A stretch of DNA of 57,932 nucleotides from positions 1-57,932 of the forward strand of contig DDKM01000049.1 of the NCBI GenBank assembly GCA_002339345.1, read 5' to 3'. Within the stretch, counting starts at the first letter, position 1. Each line of letters opens with the position of its first letter. This stretch comes from Firmicutes bacterium UBA2598. Lineage in GTDB: Bacteria; Bacillota; PH28-bin88. The notes below the pieces were generated by a model, which did no database searches, was not told where the DNA came from, and saw only the letters and a program-made list of their open reading frames with translations. Shown piece by piece: positions 19,968 through 30,736 of the stretch. The position numbers and the translations under genes were made by a program.

Positions 19968-20897
19968 TTAACCTATAGCAGTCTGGATAATATCAGGGTG
20001 TAGAAGGGCTCGGTAACGCCCCTCCGGCGACAAGGTTTTATGATACACCGCCACAACCACATCCTTTACCCGGACCGGTTTCTGATCAATGACCAGGATC
20101 AGTTCATCCGGCCTGAAGCCTAGCAGCATGCCGCGGCTGCGGCCGATTGAGCTAAACGGGATCATCAACATTCTGGCCGCCCAGAAGGAGCCCTCTAAAC
20201 CCTTAATGACAGTTTCCAGGTCCGGCTCTCCGGTAGCAGTGAAGGCCTGCTGCACAGCAGGGGGCAGCAACGGTTTTAACAGGGCATACTCTACAATCAT
20301 CACTGGCCGTTGTGTAATGGGATCTTTCAGGTGATTTCCGGTGTCGATGAGTGCTTCCACCGGTAGCCTGGTATCACCAAACCGCAGGATCACCGGCACC
20401 CTGAGCAGACTGCGGAAAAAATTTTTTTTCAACAAGGCGGTTCCCCATTTTCCCACCAGGATCACCGTGGCCAGGGCCACCAGCAGCCAGGTGTACTCGA
20501 CCTCCACCGGTAGATAGAAAAACCCGCTGGTCACCGCCAGGTCCTCTGGTTGGGCGACAAAAAACAGCATCCCGGCCAACATCGCCCCGCCGGCCATGAA
20601 GGCCATCAGGTAAAAATAACTTACTGCCTGTAAAAGGCGCCTAGCAGGCCTGGGCCGGAAGGCGATGATCACCATTATAATGGAAATGGCAATTCTGACT
20701 CCCACTGAAAACAGGGGTGCAACCCCAGGCAATACCTGCATCAGGGCATAGACGGATCCTACCAGGGCAGCCGCCACCAGCCTGTGGCTGGTGGTACGAA
20801 ACTGGCCCACCCGCGATACCGCCCACAACACCATGTAGTCCATGACAAAATTGATAGCCAGGACAATATCCACGTAAACAACCGGCTCGGAAGGCAC
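19968..20897 (-). CDS. spoIIGA: Sigma-E processing peptidase SpoIIGA
   Basis: VYVD....NF.MD, five TM segments, aspartic motif DTGN.L.DP; directly upstream of sigE. Confidence 0.95.
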   Translation of the reverse strand: MPSEPVVYVDIVLAINFVMDYMVLWAVSRVGQFRTTSHRLVAAALVGSVYALMQVLPGVAPLFSVGVRIAISIIMVIIAFRPRPARRLLQAVSYFYLMAFMAGGAMLAGMLFFVAQPEDLAVTSGFFYLPVEVEYTWLLVALATVILVGKWGTALLKKNFFRSLLRVPVILRFGDTRLPVEALIDTGNHLKDPITQRPVMIVEYALLKPLLPPAVQQAFTATGEPDLETVIKGLEGSFWAARMLMIPFSSIGRSRGMLLGFRPDELILVIDQKPVRVKDVVVAVYHKTLSPEGRYRALLHPDIIQTAIG

Positions 20898-21028
20898 AAA
20901 AAACCACCAACCATCCAGCTAATTATTACCATCATATGAATCAACAGCCATGGACATTACTTGGCCATGTAAAATTGCTTCACCCAAAGACACAGGCAAA
21001 CCAAAACTGCCAGCATTGCCTGTACCTA

Positions 21029-21070
21029 ATTATAAGGCCTCACCTTTTTAAACGATGTCAATTAATGGCT
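21029..21070 (-). promoter_or_regulatory. Putative Spo0A-activated spoIIG promoter with over-long spacer
   Basis: CATTAA-TTGACA-21 nt-TATAAT upstream of spoIIGA. Confidence 0.6.
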
Positions 21071-21081
21071 GTGCCAGCAAC

Positions 21082-21110
21082 AAAAAACCCCGATACCAAT
21101 CGGTACCGGG
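21082..21110 (-). terminator. Terminator after ftsZ
   Basis: CCCCGGTACC...GGTATCGGGG followed by TTTTTT. Confidence 0.7.
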
Positions 21111-21135
21111 GAATGCATGATCTGGCATCAACATC

Positions 21136-22182
21136 TTATTTTCGCCGCAAAAAGGCAGGAATATCAAGGTCGTCAGGGAAGGGCCGGATGTCTCCAAGGC
21201 GATCAAACCCCTGGTGACGGCTCGGCCTGTTGTCGAAACCGGTAGCAATGACGGTGATCCGAATTTCATCCTGCAGGTTTTCATCGATCACCGCCCCGAA
21301 GATGATGTTGGCATCGGGATCCGCCGCTGCGGCAATAATCTCTGCCGCCTCGTTGACCTCAAATAGTCCCAGATTAATACCCCCTGTGATGTTCAGCAGC
21401 ACCCCTTTTGCGCCTTCGATGGAGGTTTCCAGCAACGGGCTGGAGATGGCCAGCTTAGCCGCCTCCGCCGCACGTTTATCGCCAGTGGCCCGGCCGATAC
21501 CCATTAGCGCCGATCCAGTATCCAGCATAATTGTTTTTACATCGGCAAAATCAAGGTTAATCAGGCCAGGAACGGCAATCAGGTCGGAAATGCCCTGTAC
21601 GCCCTGGCGCAGCACATCATCGGCAATACGAAAGGCTTCGGTAATGGATGTATGCTTGTCCGCAACCTGGAGCAGGCGGTCATTGGGGATGACGATCAGG
21701 GTATCCACTTTGCTTTTCAGTTCTGCAATGCCCTTTTCCGCCTGATCTGCCCTCTTACGACCTTCAAAGGTAAAGGGTCTGGTAACCACACCAACGGTCA
21801 GCGCCCCCACTTCCTTGGCCACTTCAGCCACCACCGGTGCGGCCCCGGTACCGGTGCCACCACCCATACCAGCGGTAACGAACACCATGTCCGCTCCCCG
21901 GAGACCGCCCAGCAGGTCCTCACGGCTTTCCTCTGCAGCCTTTTTCCCGATTTCCGGGTTGGCGCCCGCCCCTAGACCTTTGGTTAATTTGCTACCTATC
22001 TGCAACCGGATATCCGCTCTGGACAGCCGGAGGGACTGGGCATCGGTATTTACCGTCAAAAACTCTACTCCCTGCAGCCCGGCAGCTATCATCCGGTTGA
22101 CAGCGTTGTTGCCGCCACCGCCTACACCAATCACCTTAATGGTGGCCGGGTGGATAACATCATTTTCTTCCAGCTCTAACAT
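21136..22182 (-). CDS. ftsZ: Cell division protein FtsZ
   Basis: GGGTGTG tubulin signature, NLDFAD, C-terminal LDIPAFLR. Confidence 0.99.
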   Translation of the reverse strand: MLELEENDVIHPATIKVIGVGGGGNNAVNRMIAAGLQGVEFLTVNTDAQSLRLSRADIRLQIGSKLTKGLGAGANPEIGKKAAEESREDLLGGLRGADMVFVTAGMGGGTGTGAAPVVAEVAKEVGALTVGVVTRPFTFEGRKRADQAEKGIAELKSKVDTLIVIPNDRLLQVADKHTSITEAFRIADDVLRQGVQGISDLIAVPGLINLDFADVKTIMLDTGSALMGIGRATGDKRAAEAAKLAISSPLLETSIEGAKGVLLNITGGINLGLFEVNEAAEIIAAAADPDANIIFGAVIDENLQDEIRITVIATGFDNRPSRHQGFDRLGDIRPFPDDLDIPAFLRRK

Positions 22183-22214
22183 GGTCATCCTCCTCTCTAA
22201 GCCCGGGGCGAAAT

Positions 22215-23438
22215 TTAAAAGAACTCGCGAAACAGAGAACGAACCCGTGTCAAAATCCCCCTAAGGCGGGGGTCATCATTCCTGGCAGCCGGAACCTCCC
22301 TGGCTCCATACATCACCAACCCGACAGCAGTGGCATGCCGGGGCATTGACACCAGATCTGCCAGACCGCTTACGCCCCTGGGCATGCCCAGGCGAACTGG
22401 CATGTCCAATTCCTGAGCAGCCAGATGCTCCGCTCCTTCCAAAATGGAAGCGCCACCCGTTAAAACAACTCCCCCCGGAAACAAACCCCGGTAACCGGAC
22501 CGCCGGATTTCATGTCCCACCAGCCCGAAAAGTTCCCTTAACCGGGGCTCAATAATGCTGGCTATCATCCGCCGGGATATCCTGCGCCGCTCATTACCTC
22601 CAATACTAGTGATTTCAATGTCCACCTGATCCGGCACCATCCCCGGCAACCCACTCCCGTGGTTTTTCTTCAATTCCTCGGCAATGTTCAGCGGTACCCG
22701 CAAACCCATGGCCAGATCACTGGTAACATGATCACCACCCACAGGCAAGACGGAAGTAAACCACAGGCTGCCATTTTGAAACACTGCCAGTTCAGTGGTG
22801 CCCCCACCCACATCTACCACCACACAACCAAGTTCCCGCTCAGCCGGTTGTAGCACAGCCTCGGCGGAAGCCAGGGGATTGAGCACCAGACCGGCCAACT
22901 GCACCCCGGCCCTCTGTACCGCCTTCAACAAGTTTTGTACGGCACTGGCAGCTGCGGTTACCAGCAGGCTTTCCACCTCTAACCTGGAACCGGACATGCC
23001 AACGGGATCCACTACCCCATCATAGCCATCAACAATAAACTGCCTGGGGATAACATGGATGATCCGGCGGTCCGGCGGCATATTCACCACCCTGGTAGCT
23101 TCCAGCACGCGTCGGGTATCCTCAACTCCCACTTCTTTATTCTGTCCGGCTACCGCCACCACCCCCCGGTTGTTCACCGAAGAGATATGGGGACCGGTCA
23201 CACCGACATATACCGCCTCAAGCCGTATGCCACTGACCCTTTCCGCCTGCTCCATGGCGAAGGTAATTGCCCTGGCTGTGTGGTCAATATCTACAATAAC
23301 GCCCTTCCGCAGGCCCGCTGCCGGGCATTCACCCACACCAAGAACGGTCACTTCCCCTTCCCGGCCAACCTCTGCGATGATCACCAGAACCTTGGTACTC
23401 CCCACGTCCAGCCCGCCAATAATTCTCCTTTTGGGCAA
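22215..23438 (-). CDS. ftsA: Cell division protein FtsA
   Basis: [23 protein letters not shown]-terminal amphipathic helix; TTG start after GGAGGTG. Confidence 0.96.
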   Translation of the reverse strand: MPKRRIIGGLDVGSTKVLVIIAEVGREGEVTVLGVGECPAAGLRKGVIVDIDHTARAITFAMEQAERVSGIRLEAVYVGVTGPHISSVNNRGVVAVAGQNKEVGVEDTRRVLEATRVVNMPPDRRIIHVIPRQFIVDGYDGVVDPVGMSGSRLEVESLLVTAAASAVQNLLKAVQRAGVQLAGLVLNPLASAEAVLQPAERELGCVVVDVGGGTTELAVFQNGSLWFTSVLPVGGDHVTSDLAMGLRVPLNIAEELKKNHGSGLPGMVPDQVDIEITSIGGNERRRISRRMIASIIEPRLRELFGLVGHEIRRSGYRGLFPGGVVLTGGASILEGAEHLAAQELDMPVRLGMPRGVSGLADLVSMPRHATAVGLVMYGAREVPAARNDDPRLRGILTRVRSLFREFF

Positions 23439-23495
23439 TCCCTGCACCTCCAAGCCCTTTTGGAGCCATCTTCCACGGTTTCTGGTAAAACAGAA

Positions 23496-23523
23496 ATTCC
23501 ACACCGGTTGACTGCAATCCTTT
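23496..23523 (-). promoter_or_regulatory. SigH-type promoter upstream of ftsA
   Basis: AAAGGA-18 nt-GAAT. Confidence 0.55.
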
Positions 23524-23534
23524 TTTTAGAGCAC

Positions 23535-23864
23535 CTATTTTTTCAACAAGAAACGGCGGATGATCGCCAAATTTTGAAAAAGCCGAACCCCAAAGGCGAA
23601 AACCGCCGCCAGGTACAGTTCCACTCCCAGCTGGTCGCCAATATAGGCCAGTAACCCGGCCAGAAAGGTGTTGCTGAAAAACCCGGTAATGAAGATCATA
23701 TGATCGAATTTGTCCTCCACCCCTGCCCGTAAACCGCCAAACACCGAGTCCAGGGCAGCCAGAACCGCCACAGACATATATTTGGCATAGGCCAGGGGAA
23801 GCTGCAGGGGAAACATCAGGCCGAAGGCGATGCCCGCCAGCAGGCCGACAAGAGGCAGCCACAC
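23535..23864 (-). CDS. sbp: Small basic protein Sbp (DUF1290)
   Basis: YMSVAVLAALDSVFGG, GFFSN, FGVRLFQN.A.IRR. Confidence 0.92.
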   Translation of the reverse strand: MWLPLVGLLAGIAFGLMFPLQLPLAYAKYMSVAVLAALDSVFGGLRAGVEDKFDHMIFITGFFSNTFLAGLLAYIGDQLGVELYLAAVFAFGVRLFQNLAIIRRFLLKK

Positions 23865-23900
23865 AAGTCATACCTCCATTTTCCACCAATCTAAAAAATC

Positions 23901-24656
23901 CTAACGGTATTTAATAACCGGTCTCCCGGCAATGCTGAGATCGATGTAATGAATTTTTGCCCATTCTTCTGCCGGCCTAGCCACAACCACTTCCGCCAGT
24001 ACTGCCATTTTTTCCGCCAGGCGAGCGGTATCGCCCAGGCGGGCCACAGAGCCGGCTTTGGAATGGATCTCAATGGCCTGGGGCTTTTCCATGTTAATTT
24101 CCGTCACCCACCAACGCATTTCCGCCGGAACGGCCATGGCTATTTGTAAACCTACCCCCAGGTTGCTGGCCACCACAGCCTCACCGGGAGAGGGTTCCCG
24201 TTGCAGGGTGATCCCGGTAATTAACGGAAGGTCCGTTTCACCCAGCCCCCGCAACCATCGTAGGGCCACACCGTTGGAATCCACCTCCAGAAAGCCATGT
24301 CCAGTAGCTACAGCAGCCAGGGGCTGCCTCTCCCACACTCTGACCACTAATTTGCTGGGAAGTTTACGGGAAACCTCCGCCTGGCTAATCATGGGATGGG
24401 CGGCAACATTGCGGCGGACCAGACCGGTATCAATTTGCCAAATGTTTACCCCCAGGTCAACCGCCACCAACTGCCGCACATTAATGGGTTCAAGCCTGAT
24501 TGCCCCTTCCACAATCACCTCATCCAGGCTGAAAAACCCCGAGCGCAGGAAGGCATATCCAGCCATGGTTCCCCACAAAAAAAGAAATAACCCGGCCAAA
24601 GCCCTTGAGCGGCGGCGCCGGGGACGATGTACAACCCCCTTTGCCAAGTAATCCAC
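23901..24656 (-). CDS. divIB: Cell division protein FtsQ/DivIB
   Basis: Basic N-terminus, one TM, POTRA segment (RKLP..L.V.V.ER), C-terminal YIDL. Confidence 0.85.
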   Translation of the reverse strand: MDYLAKGVVHRPRRRRSRALAGLFLFLWGTMAGYAFLRSGFFSLDEVIVEGAIRLEPINVRQLVAVDLGVNIWQIDTGLVRRNVAAHPMISQAEVSRKLPSKLVVRVWERQPLAAVATGHGFLEVDSNGVALRWLRGLGETDLPLITGITLQREPSPGEAVVASNLGVGLQIAMAVPAEMRWWVTEINMEKPQAIEIHSKAGSVARLGDTARLAEKMAVLAEVVVARPAEEWAKIHYIDLSIAGRPVIKYR

Positions 24657-24750
24657 TCCTCAAATTAGCTTGGAACATCAAAATTAAAACTAGCAAAATT
24701 ATAACAGACTTCCCTGACTCGTCCAAGATGTGGTTAAAAAAAGCAGCTTC

Positions 24751-26022
24751 CTAGCTGCCTGTGCTCAAGGCTGCGCCCACCCGAATCACCCTGGCCCCCA
24801 GTTTGTTCAGTTTCTCTTCCAGCCTCTCATAACCGCGGTCAAGGTAATGCACATTTTCCACGATGGTGGCATCCTCCGCCACCAGCCCCGCCAGCACCAG
24901 TGCGGACCCCGCCCTGAGGTCGGTAGCGGACACGATGGCCCCTGTCAGAGGGCAACTCCCGCGTACAATGGCCAACCGCCCCTCCACCCTGATGTCCGCC
25001 CCCATGCGCCGAAGCTCATCAACATGTTTGAACCGGTTTTCGAAAATGCTTTCGGCGATGATGCTGGTTCCATGGGCTTTGGCCATTAAAGCCATGACCT
25101 GTGGCTGCATGTCCGTAGGGAAACCTGGATAAGGCATAGTTTTAAAATCAACTGCCCGCATCCGCTCGACGCCCACCACCCTCACCCGGTCCGGGTACTC
25201 CTGCACCTGCACCCCGGCCTCCCGCAACTTGGCGGAAACCGGTTCCAGATGCTCCGGGATTACATTTTCCACCATAACGTCTCCACCCGTGATGGCTGCA
25301 GCCACCATGAAGGTACCGGCTTCAATACGGTCGGGAATGAGGTCGTGTTCCGCCGGACCTAGCCGCTCAACTCCTTCCACCCGGATACAATCCATACCGG
25401 CTCCCTTCACCCGGGCTCCCAATTTGTTCAGGAAATTTTGCAAATCAATTATTTCCGGTTCCTTGGCCGCATTACGGATGATGGTTTGCCCCTCAGCCAG
25501 CACAGCGGCCATCATCAGGTTTTCCGTGGCACCCACACTGGGGAAGTCCAGATGGATGTCCGCCCCCAGCAACCTGTTAACCTCGGCATCAATAAAGCCG
25601 TGCCGTTCCACAATCCTTGCACCCATGGCCTGAAAACCTTTCAGGTGCAAGTCCATTGGCCTGCTACCGATGTCACACCCCCCGGGAAGTGCCACTTTAG
25701 CCCGCCGGAACCGCCCTATCAAAGCTCCCATCACCAGGTTTGACGCCCGCATTTGGCGGGCCAGTTCTTCTGAAACATCCCACCTGTTGATATGTTTGGT
25801 GTCTATCACCATCGCGCCTTTGTCCAGCGACACCTTAGCCCCCAGGTTCTCCAGGGTGACTTTCATGGTCAGAACATCCCTCAAGCAAGGCACACCAAAA
25901 ATAATGCTGACATCCCTGGTCAGAAGGCTGGCGGCCATAATGGGTAAAATTGCATTCTTGGAACCACTGATGGTGACATTTCCCCTCAGGCGGGTGCCTC
26001 CTACCACGATGACTCTTTCCAC
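24751..26022 (-). CDS. murA: UDP-N-acetylglucosamine 1-carboxyvinyltransferase
   Basis: [36 protein letters not shown]. Confidence 0.97.
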   Translation of the reverse strand: MERVIVVGGTRLRGNVTISGSKNAILPIMAASLLTRDVSIIFGVPCLRDVLTMKVTLENLGAKVSLDKGAMVIDTKHINRWDVSEELARQMRASNLVMGALIGRFRRAKVALPGGCDIGSRPMDLHLKGFQAMGARIVERHGFIDAEVNRLLGADIHLDFPSVGATENLMMAAVLAEGQTIIRNAAKEPEIIDLQNFLNKLGARVKGAGMDCIRVEGVERLGPAEHDLIPDRIEAGTFMVAAAITGGDVMVENVIPEHLEPVSAKLREAGVQVQEYPDRVRVVGVERMRAVDFKTMPYPGFPTDMQPQVMALMAKAHGTSIIAESIFENRFKHVDELRRMGADIRVEGRLAIVRGSCPLTGAIVSATDLRAGSALVLAGLVAEDATIVENVHYLDRGYERLEEKLNKLGARVIRVGAALSTGS

Positions 26023-26052
26023 GCTGTACCACCCCCCTGACCGGCGCTGTTG

Positions 26053-26976
26053 CTAACCTTCTCCCATGATATGTATTTCCGGTTCCAAGTGTACCTGGAA
26101 GGTATCCCACACAATCCGTCTGACCATCTCCATGAGGGTAATTATATCAGTGGCAGTGGCCCGTCCCTTGTTTACAATGAAATTAGCATGTTTTTCGGAA
26201 ACCGCAGCCCCCCCAACGGTCAAGCCTTTGGCACCGCACCGGTCGATGAGCTGACCGGCGCTGGCATTGGCAGGATTTTTGAAAACACTTCCGGCATTGG
26301 GCATGTTGAGAGGCTGGAGCGCCCTTCTCCTGGCCAGGTTGGCCTGCATTCTTTTCCGAATTTCCACAGGTTCATCCCTCCGCAGCCTGAGGTACACCTT
26401 AACCACAGTTTCCCCGGTATCCATCAACCGGCTGGTCCGGTATCCCAATTGCAGCAGACCGGCTGGTACCCTGGTAAGGTTGCCTGAGGAATCCATCACT
26501 TCCACCTGCACCAGTACATCACCCATGGAGTCGCCGTGGGCACCGGCATTCATCACTACAGCTCCACCCACCGTGCCGGGAATGCCTGCCGCAAACTCCA
26601 GCCCACTGAGGCCATGAACTGCTGCGGCACGCGCCAAAAAGGGTAAATAGCACCCGGCCTCCGCAACCACATCTTCACCAATAATGGTCATTGAAGTAAG
26701 TCCACGGAACATTTTCACTACAATCCCCCTGATTCCGCCATCCCGTACCAGGACATTGGAACCGCGTCCCAAAACGGTCACCGGTAAGGCATGGTCGGCA
26801 GCAAAGGAAAATGTAGCAGAAAGATCCTTAATGGTGTCCGGAATAACCAGCAAGTCGGCAGGCCCGCCCACTCGCCAAGTGGTATGCCGGGCCATGGGCT
26901 CCCTGGTCAGTACCTGGCCGGATACCTCTTTTTGTAGTTCCATTGCCAGTTCGTTCCAATCCAAAACCCTATTCAC
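26053..26976 (-). CDS. murB: UDP-N-acetylmuramate dehydrogenase
   Basis: GRGSNVL, GIPGTVGG..MNAGA, AGSVFKNP, KHANF. Confidence 0.97.
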   Translation of the reverse strand: MNRVLDWNELAMELQKEVSGQVLTREPMARHTTWRVGGPADLLVIPDTIKDLSATFSFAADHALPVTVLGRGSNVLVRDGGIRGIVVKMFRGLTSMTIIGEDVVAEAGCYLPFLARAAAVHGLSGLEFAAGIPGTVGGAVVMNAGAHGDSMGDVLVQVEVMDSSGNLTRVPAGLLQLGYRTSRLMDTGETVVKVYLRLRRDEPVEIRKRMQANLARRRALQPLNMPNAGSVFKNPANASAGQLIDRCGAKGLTVGGAAVSEKHANFIVNKGRATATDIITLMEMVRRIVWDTFQVHLEPEIHIMGEG

Positions 26977-28354
26977 CCGCCTTCCCCAATCGGCCTAACC
27001 GGGCCAGCAACTCACCGCCTATCTTCCAGATGTTCCCGGCACCCATGGTAATCACCATGTCGCCCGGGTGGCAGACCCGCACCAGCTGGTCAAGGAGGGC
27101 ATCCCAGGAAGAAAGGTGGTAAACCTCCCTGTTGCGTTCCTTTACAACATCATAGATCAGCCGGGCAGTAACGCCGGGAATTGGCTTCTCACCTGCCCCG
27201 TAGATTTCATCAACAAATACCACATCCGCTCCGGCAAAGGCTGGGCCGAACTGGTTGTGCAGCAACTGGGTTCTGCTGTAGCGGTGCGGCTGAAACACCA
27301 CGATGATCCGCCCGGGGTGGACCTCCCGGGCCGCTTTAATGGTTGCCGCAATTTCTGTGGGGTGGTGGCCGTAGTCATCCACCACCTTGATGCCTGCCTC
27401 TTCACCCACTGCCTGAAAACGTCTTTCCGCACCCCGGAAGACAGCCAGGGCAGAGGCAATGGCGGGAAAGTTCAACCCAGCCAGCCGCCCTACCACCACC
27501 GCCGCCAGGGCGTTACTGACATTATGGCTTCCGGGCACGGCCAATTGCAGCTGCCCCAGGAGTTTTCCCCGCTCCCAGACCTGGCTGCGGGAACCCATTC
27601 CGTCAGGGTGGATATCCCGCACCTGGTAATCGCCACCCTTTAACCCGTAGGTAATTACATTACACTTACAGGTGGCAGCCATTTTCCGCAATTCCGGATC
27701 ATCGTAACACAAAATGGCATGCCCTACTGGCGGCACCAGTTGCAAAAATTCCGCAAAAGCGGTGACAATCTTTTCCTGGGAACCGTAATGATCCAGGTGA
27801 TCGTTCTCAATATTGGTGACCACAGCAATATGGGGGTGAAGTTTCAAAAAGGAACCGTCACTTTCATCCGCTTCCGCCACCAGGAACTCTCCCCGGCCCA
27901 GTTTGGCATTTCCCCCGATATCATTCAATTCGCCCCCCACTACTACAGTGGGATCAACACCGTTTTTCTCCAAAACAAGGGAGATCATGGAGGTGGTAGT
28001 GGTTTTACCGTGGGCGCCGGCCACCGCCACTGATCGCTGCCTCCGCATCAGCTGGGCCAGCAGTTCCGCCCGTTGTAGCACAGGGATGCCCCGTTCCATG
28101 GCCAGAACCAGTTCGGGGTTGTCTGGGGGAATGGCGGAAGAAACCACCACTTGATCCACTCCCGGGTGGAGGTGTGCTGGATGGTGGCCTTCATAGACCA
28201 AGGCTCCCTGGTGGGTAAGCCTTTCGGTTATTTTCGATTTGTGCAAATCGGAGCCGGAAACCTTGCACCCCAGCTCCAGCAGGATTTTTGCTAGACCACT
28301 CATCCCTGCTCCGCCAATACCGATAAAATGTGTCCAATCTTTGCGCTCTTTCAA
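26969..28354 (-). CDS. murC: UDP-N-acetylmuramate--L-alanine ligase
   Basis: HFIGIGGAGMS, GAHGKTTT, EADESDGSF, DDYGHHP, FQPHRYSRT. Confidence 0.97.
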   Translation of the reverse strand: MKERKDWTHFIGIGGAGMSGLAKILLELGCKVSGSDLHKSKITERLTHQGALVYEGHHPAHLHPGVDQVVVSSAIPPDNPELVLAMERGIPVLQRAELLAQLMRRQRSVAVAGAHGKTTTTSMISLVLEKNGVDPTVVVGGELNDIGGNAKLGRGEFLVAEADESDGSFLKLHPHIAVVTNIENDHLDHYGSQEKIVTAFAEFLQLVPPVGHAILCYDDPELRKMAATCKCNVITYGLKGGDYQVRDIHPDGMGSRSQVWERGKLLGQLQLAVPGSHNVSNALAAVVVGRLAGLNFPAIASALAVFRGAERRFQAVGEEAGIKVVDDYGHHPTEIAATIKAAREVHPGRIIVVFQPHRYSRTQLLHNQFGPAFAGADVVFVDEIYGAGEKPIPGVTARLIYDVVKERNREVYHLSSWDALLDQLVRVCHPGDMVITMGAGNIWKIGGELLARLGRLGKAGE

Positions 28355-28483
28355 GTCTTTTCATCTCCTTTTAGCGAGCAGCAAAGGCTGATTCCAGCCA
28401 ATTCATAAGATACATCCCCATCATATGCACCATCCGTCCTGGTGTTACGACAGGGCTTGTCCTTTCTTTGCTGAATTTCGCTT

Positions 28484-29602
28484 CTAACCTGCCAGCAGAT
28501 CCCCGGCCGCCATCAAAATTCCCTGCAAAGCATCGGGGCGCCCCATCAGGCGGCTCTGCTCCGCCATTAAACGTAACCGGACTGGTTCGCCGAGCAATTC
28601 CCGCACCACCCTGACCAGCCGCTGGGGGGTTAAATCACGGTCTTTGATTAGTATGGCCGCTCCTTTTTTAGCCAGAGCCATGGCATTATGTTCCTGGTGG
28701 TTTCCCGTCGCATGGGGATAAGGAATCAGGATGGCCGGTAGGCCCCTTACCATAACCTCGGCTAAAAAAGAGGCGCCCGCCCGGCCGATCACCAGGTCAC
28801 TGGCAGCCAAAGCGTCCGCCATGTTGTAAAAATACGGTTTAATGGTAATATTCCCATATTTAACCACATCTATTCCGACAGAGTCCAGTGACTGCAAATA
28901 TTCCTGGTAGTGGGCAGTACCGGTGGCCAACAGTACTTGCAGGTCCGGATTCCCGGTAGCCTCACGCAGCACTCCCGTCATGGCCCTGTTCAGGCTAGCA
29001 GCCCCGCGGCTTCCGCCGGTAGCCAGCACCGTCAACTTGGTCGGCTCCACCCCCAGCCGACCGGCACCATCCGCCCGGGAAGTGCTTAAAACTTCTGCCC
29101 GTACCGGCAAGCCGGTATGATAGACTTTGGCACCTGCAGGTAAATAGGCAGCAGCCTCCTGAAAAGTGAGGCACACAGCGGAAACCAGCCTGGCCAACAG
29201 CCGGTTGGTCAGGCCTGGGAAGGCGTTTTGTTCGTGAACAAGGGTAGGAATCCCTTGCAGGGTGGCTGCAAACACCACAGGCCCGCTGACAAAGCCCCCC
29301 GTGCCAACCACCAGATCGGGATGGAAATTGCGCACCAGGTTGACGGCTTCCGCCATCCCCTTGACCAGTTTGGCACCCGCCCTGATGACCCGGGGGGAAA
29401 GGCTGCGAGAAAAACCTTCCACCGTAATGGTGGCAAAGGGTATCCCTTCCCGCGGCACAATATCCGCTTCCAGCCCTGTAGATGTTCCCACATACAACAA
29501 CTGGGCACCGGGAAAACGGAGGGCCAACCCCCGGGCAATGGCCAAGGCGGGATAAATGTGTCCTCCCGTCCCGCCACCACTTATTAAAAACCTGTACATC
29601 AA
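28484..29602 (-). CDS. murG: MurG glycosyltransferase
   Basis: GGGTGGHIYP, HEQN, GGSRGA, RAGAS, HQEHNA. Confidence 0.97.
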   Translation of the reverse strand: MMYRFLISGGGTGGHIYPALAIARGLALRFPGAQLLYVGTSTGLEADIVPREGIPFATITVEGFSRSLSPRVIRAGAKLVKGMAEAVNLVRNFHPDLVVGTGGFVSGPVVFAATLQGIPTLVHEQNAFPGLTNRLLARLVSAVCLTFQEAAAYLPAGAKVYHTGLPVRAEVLSTSRADGAGRLGVEPTKLTVLATGGSRGAASLNRAMTGVLREATGNPDLQVLLATGTAHYQEYLQSLDSVGIDVVKYGNITIKPYFYNMADALAASDLVIGRAGASFLAEVMVRGLPAILIPYPHATGNHQEHNAMALAKKGAAILIKDRDLTPQRLVRVVRELLGEPVRLRLMAEQSRLMGRPDALQGILMAAGDLLAG

Positions 29603-29625
29603 GTATCCAATCCTCCAAAATCAGT

Positions 29626-30723
29626 CTACCTCTGACCGGCATACCGCGAAATATTTAACAGCAACCCAATGGAGATCAAGGTGAACAGCAAGCTGGATCC
29701 ACCATAGCTAATTAAAGGCAGGGTGATGCCGGTAATGGGCATGGAACCGGTAACCACACCGATATTGATAATTGCTTGAAAGACGATCATACAGGTCAGC
29801 CCTACTGCCAACAGGCTGCCGTAGGTATCGGGGGCGGTTACCGCCACCCGTAAACCCCGCCACAACAGGATTAAAAACAGGCAGATCACCAGGGAGGCGC
29901 CAATAAAACCCAGTTCTTCCCCTATAATGGCAAAGATAAAGTCGGTATGTCTTTCCGGGATATACAAAAGCTTTTGACGCCCCTGACCCAGACCCATGCC
30001 AAAAAGCCCGCCAGACCCCAGGGCCAGGAGGGACTGAATGATCTGAAAACCGGAATCGGTGGGGTCGGCATAGGGGTTCAGAAAAGACAACAATCGTTGC
30101 ATGCGGTAGTCTGCTGTGAAGATGGCTACAAAAACTCCAACCAGCCCTATGATGGCCAGACCAATCAGATGGCTGACCCTCGCTCCGGCCGCCGCCAGCA
30201 GGATATAGGCCGTTCCGGCCACCGCAATGGTTGTGCCTAAATCCGGTTGAGCCAAAATCAGGCCGCATACAGCGCCCAGGATTATCAACCGCGGCAATAG
30301 TCCCCGCCGGAAATCCTTTAACCGGTCACCGGCTTCACTCAAACTGCGGGCCAGGTAGATGGCCATAGCCAGTTTAATGACCTCTGAGGGCTGAAAAGTC
30401 AGGAACCCCATACCCAGGGACCGACGGGATCCATGGCTTTCCAGACCAATCACCAGCACCAGCAGCAATAAAAGGATTGCCCCAATGAGAAAAATCTTGG
30501 CGTAACGCCGAACTAAAAAATAGTCCAGCTGCATGGCCGAAAACAAACCCATGGCTCCCAGAATAGTCCAAATCCCTTGCCTTTTTAAAAAGTAGAACTG
30601 GTCCCCGTAGGAGATCATGGCGGAATAGGCACTGGAACTGAACACCATTACAATACCAATGGCTAAAAGCAAAGAGGTGGACAGGATAATTAAAAAATCA
30701 GGCGGGCCCTTGCGCAAGCGCAA
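29626..30723 (-). CDS. spoVE: SEDS glycosyltransferase SpoVE/FtsW
   Basis: FQPSE..K, QPDLGT, PERHTDFIF..IGEELG, GITLP.ISYGGSS. Confidence 0.9.
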   Translation of the reverse strand: MRLRKGPPDFLIILSTSLLLAIGIVMVFSSSAYSAMISYGDQFYFLKRQGIWTILGAMGLFSAMQLDYFLVRRYAKIFLIGAILLLLLVLVIGLESHGSRRSLGMGFLTFQPSEVIKLAMAIYLARSLSEAGDRLKDFRRGLLPRLIILGAVCGLILAQPDLGTTIAVAGTAYILLAAAGARVSHLIGLAIIGLVGVFVAIFTADYRMQRLLSFLNPYADPTDSGFQIIQSLLALGSGGLFGMGLGQGRQKLLYIPERHTDFIFAIIGEELGFIGASLVICLFLILLWRGLRVAVTAPDTYGSLLAVGLTCMIVFQAIINIGVVTGSMPITGITLPLISYGGSSLLFTLISIGLLLNISRYAGQR

Positions 30724-30736
30724 TAATGTCACCTCC

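Noticed and set aside
21231-21237. Perfect Spo0A box TGTCGAA
   Set aside because: Inside the ftsZ coding sequence, about 170 nt from the spoIIG promoter; a 7-mer is expected by chance in 58 kb.
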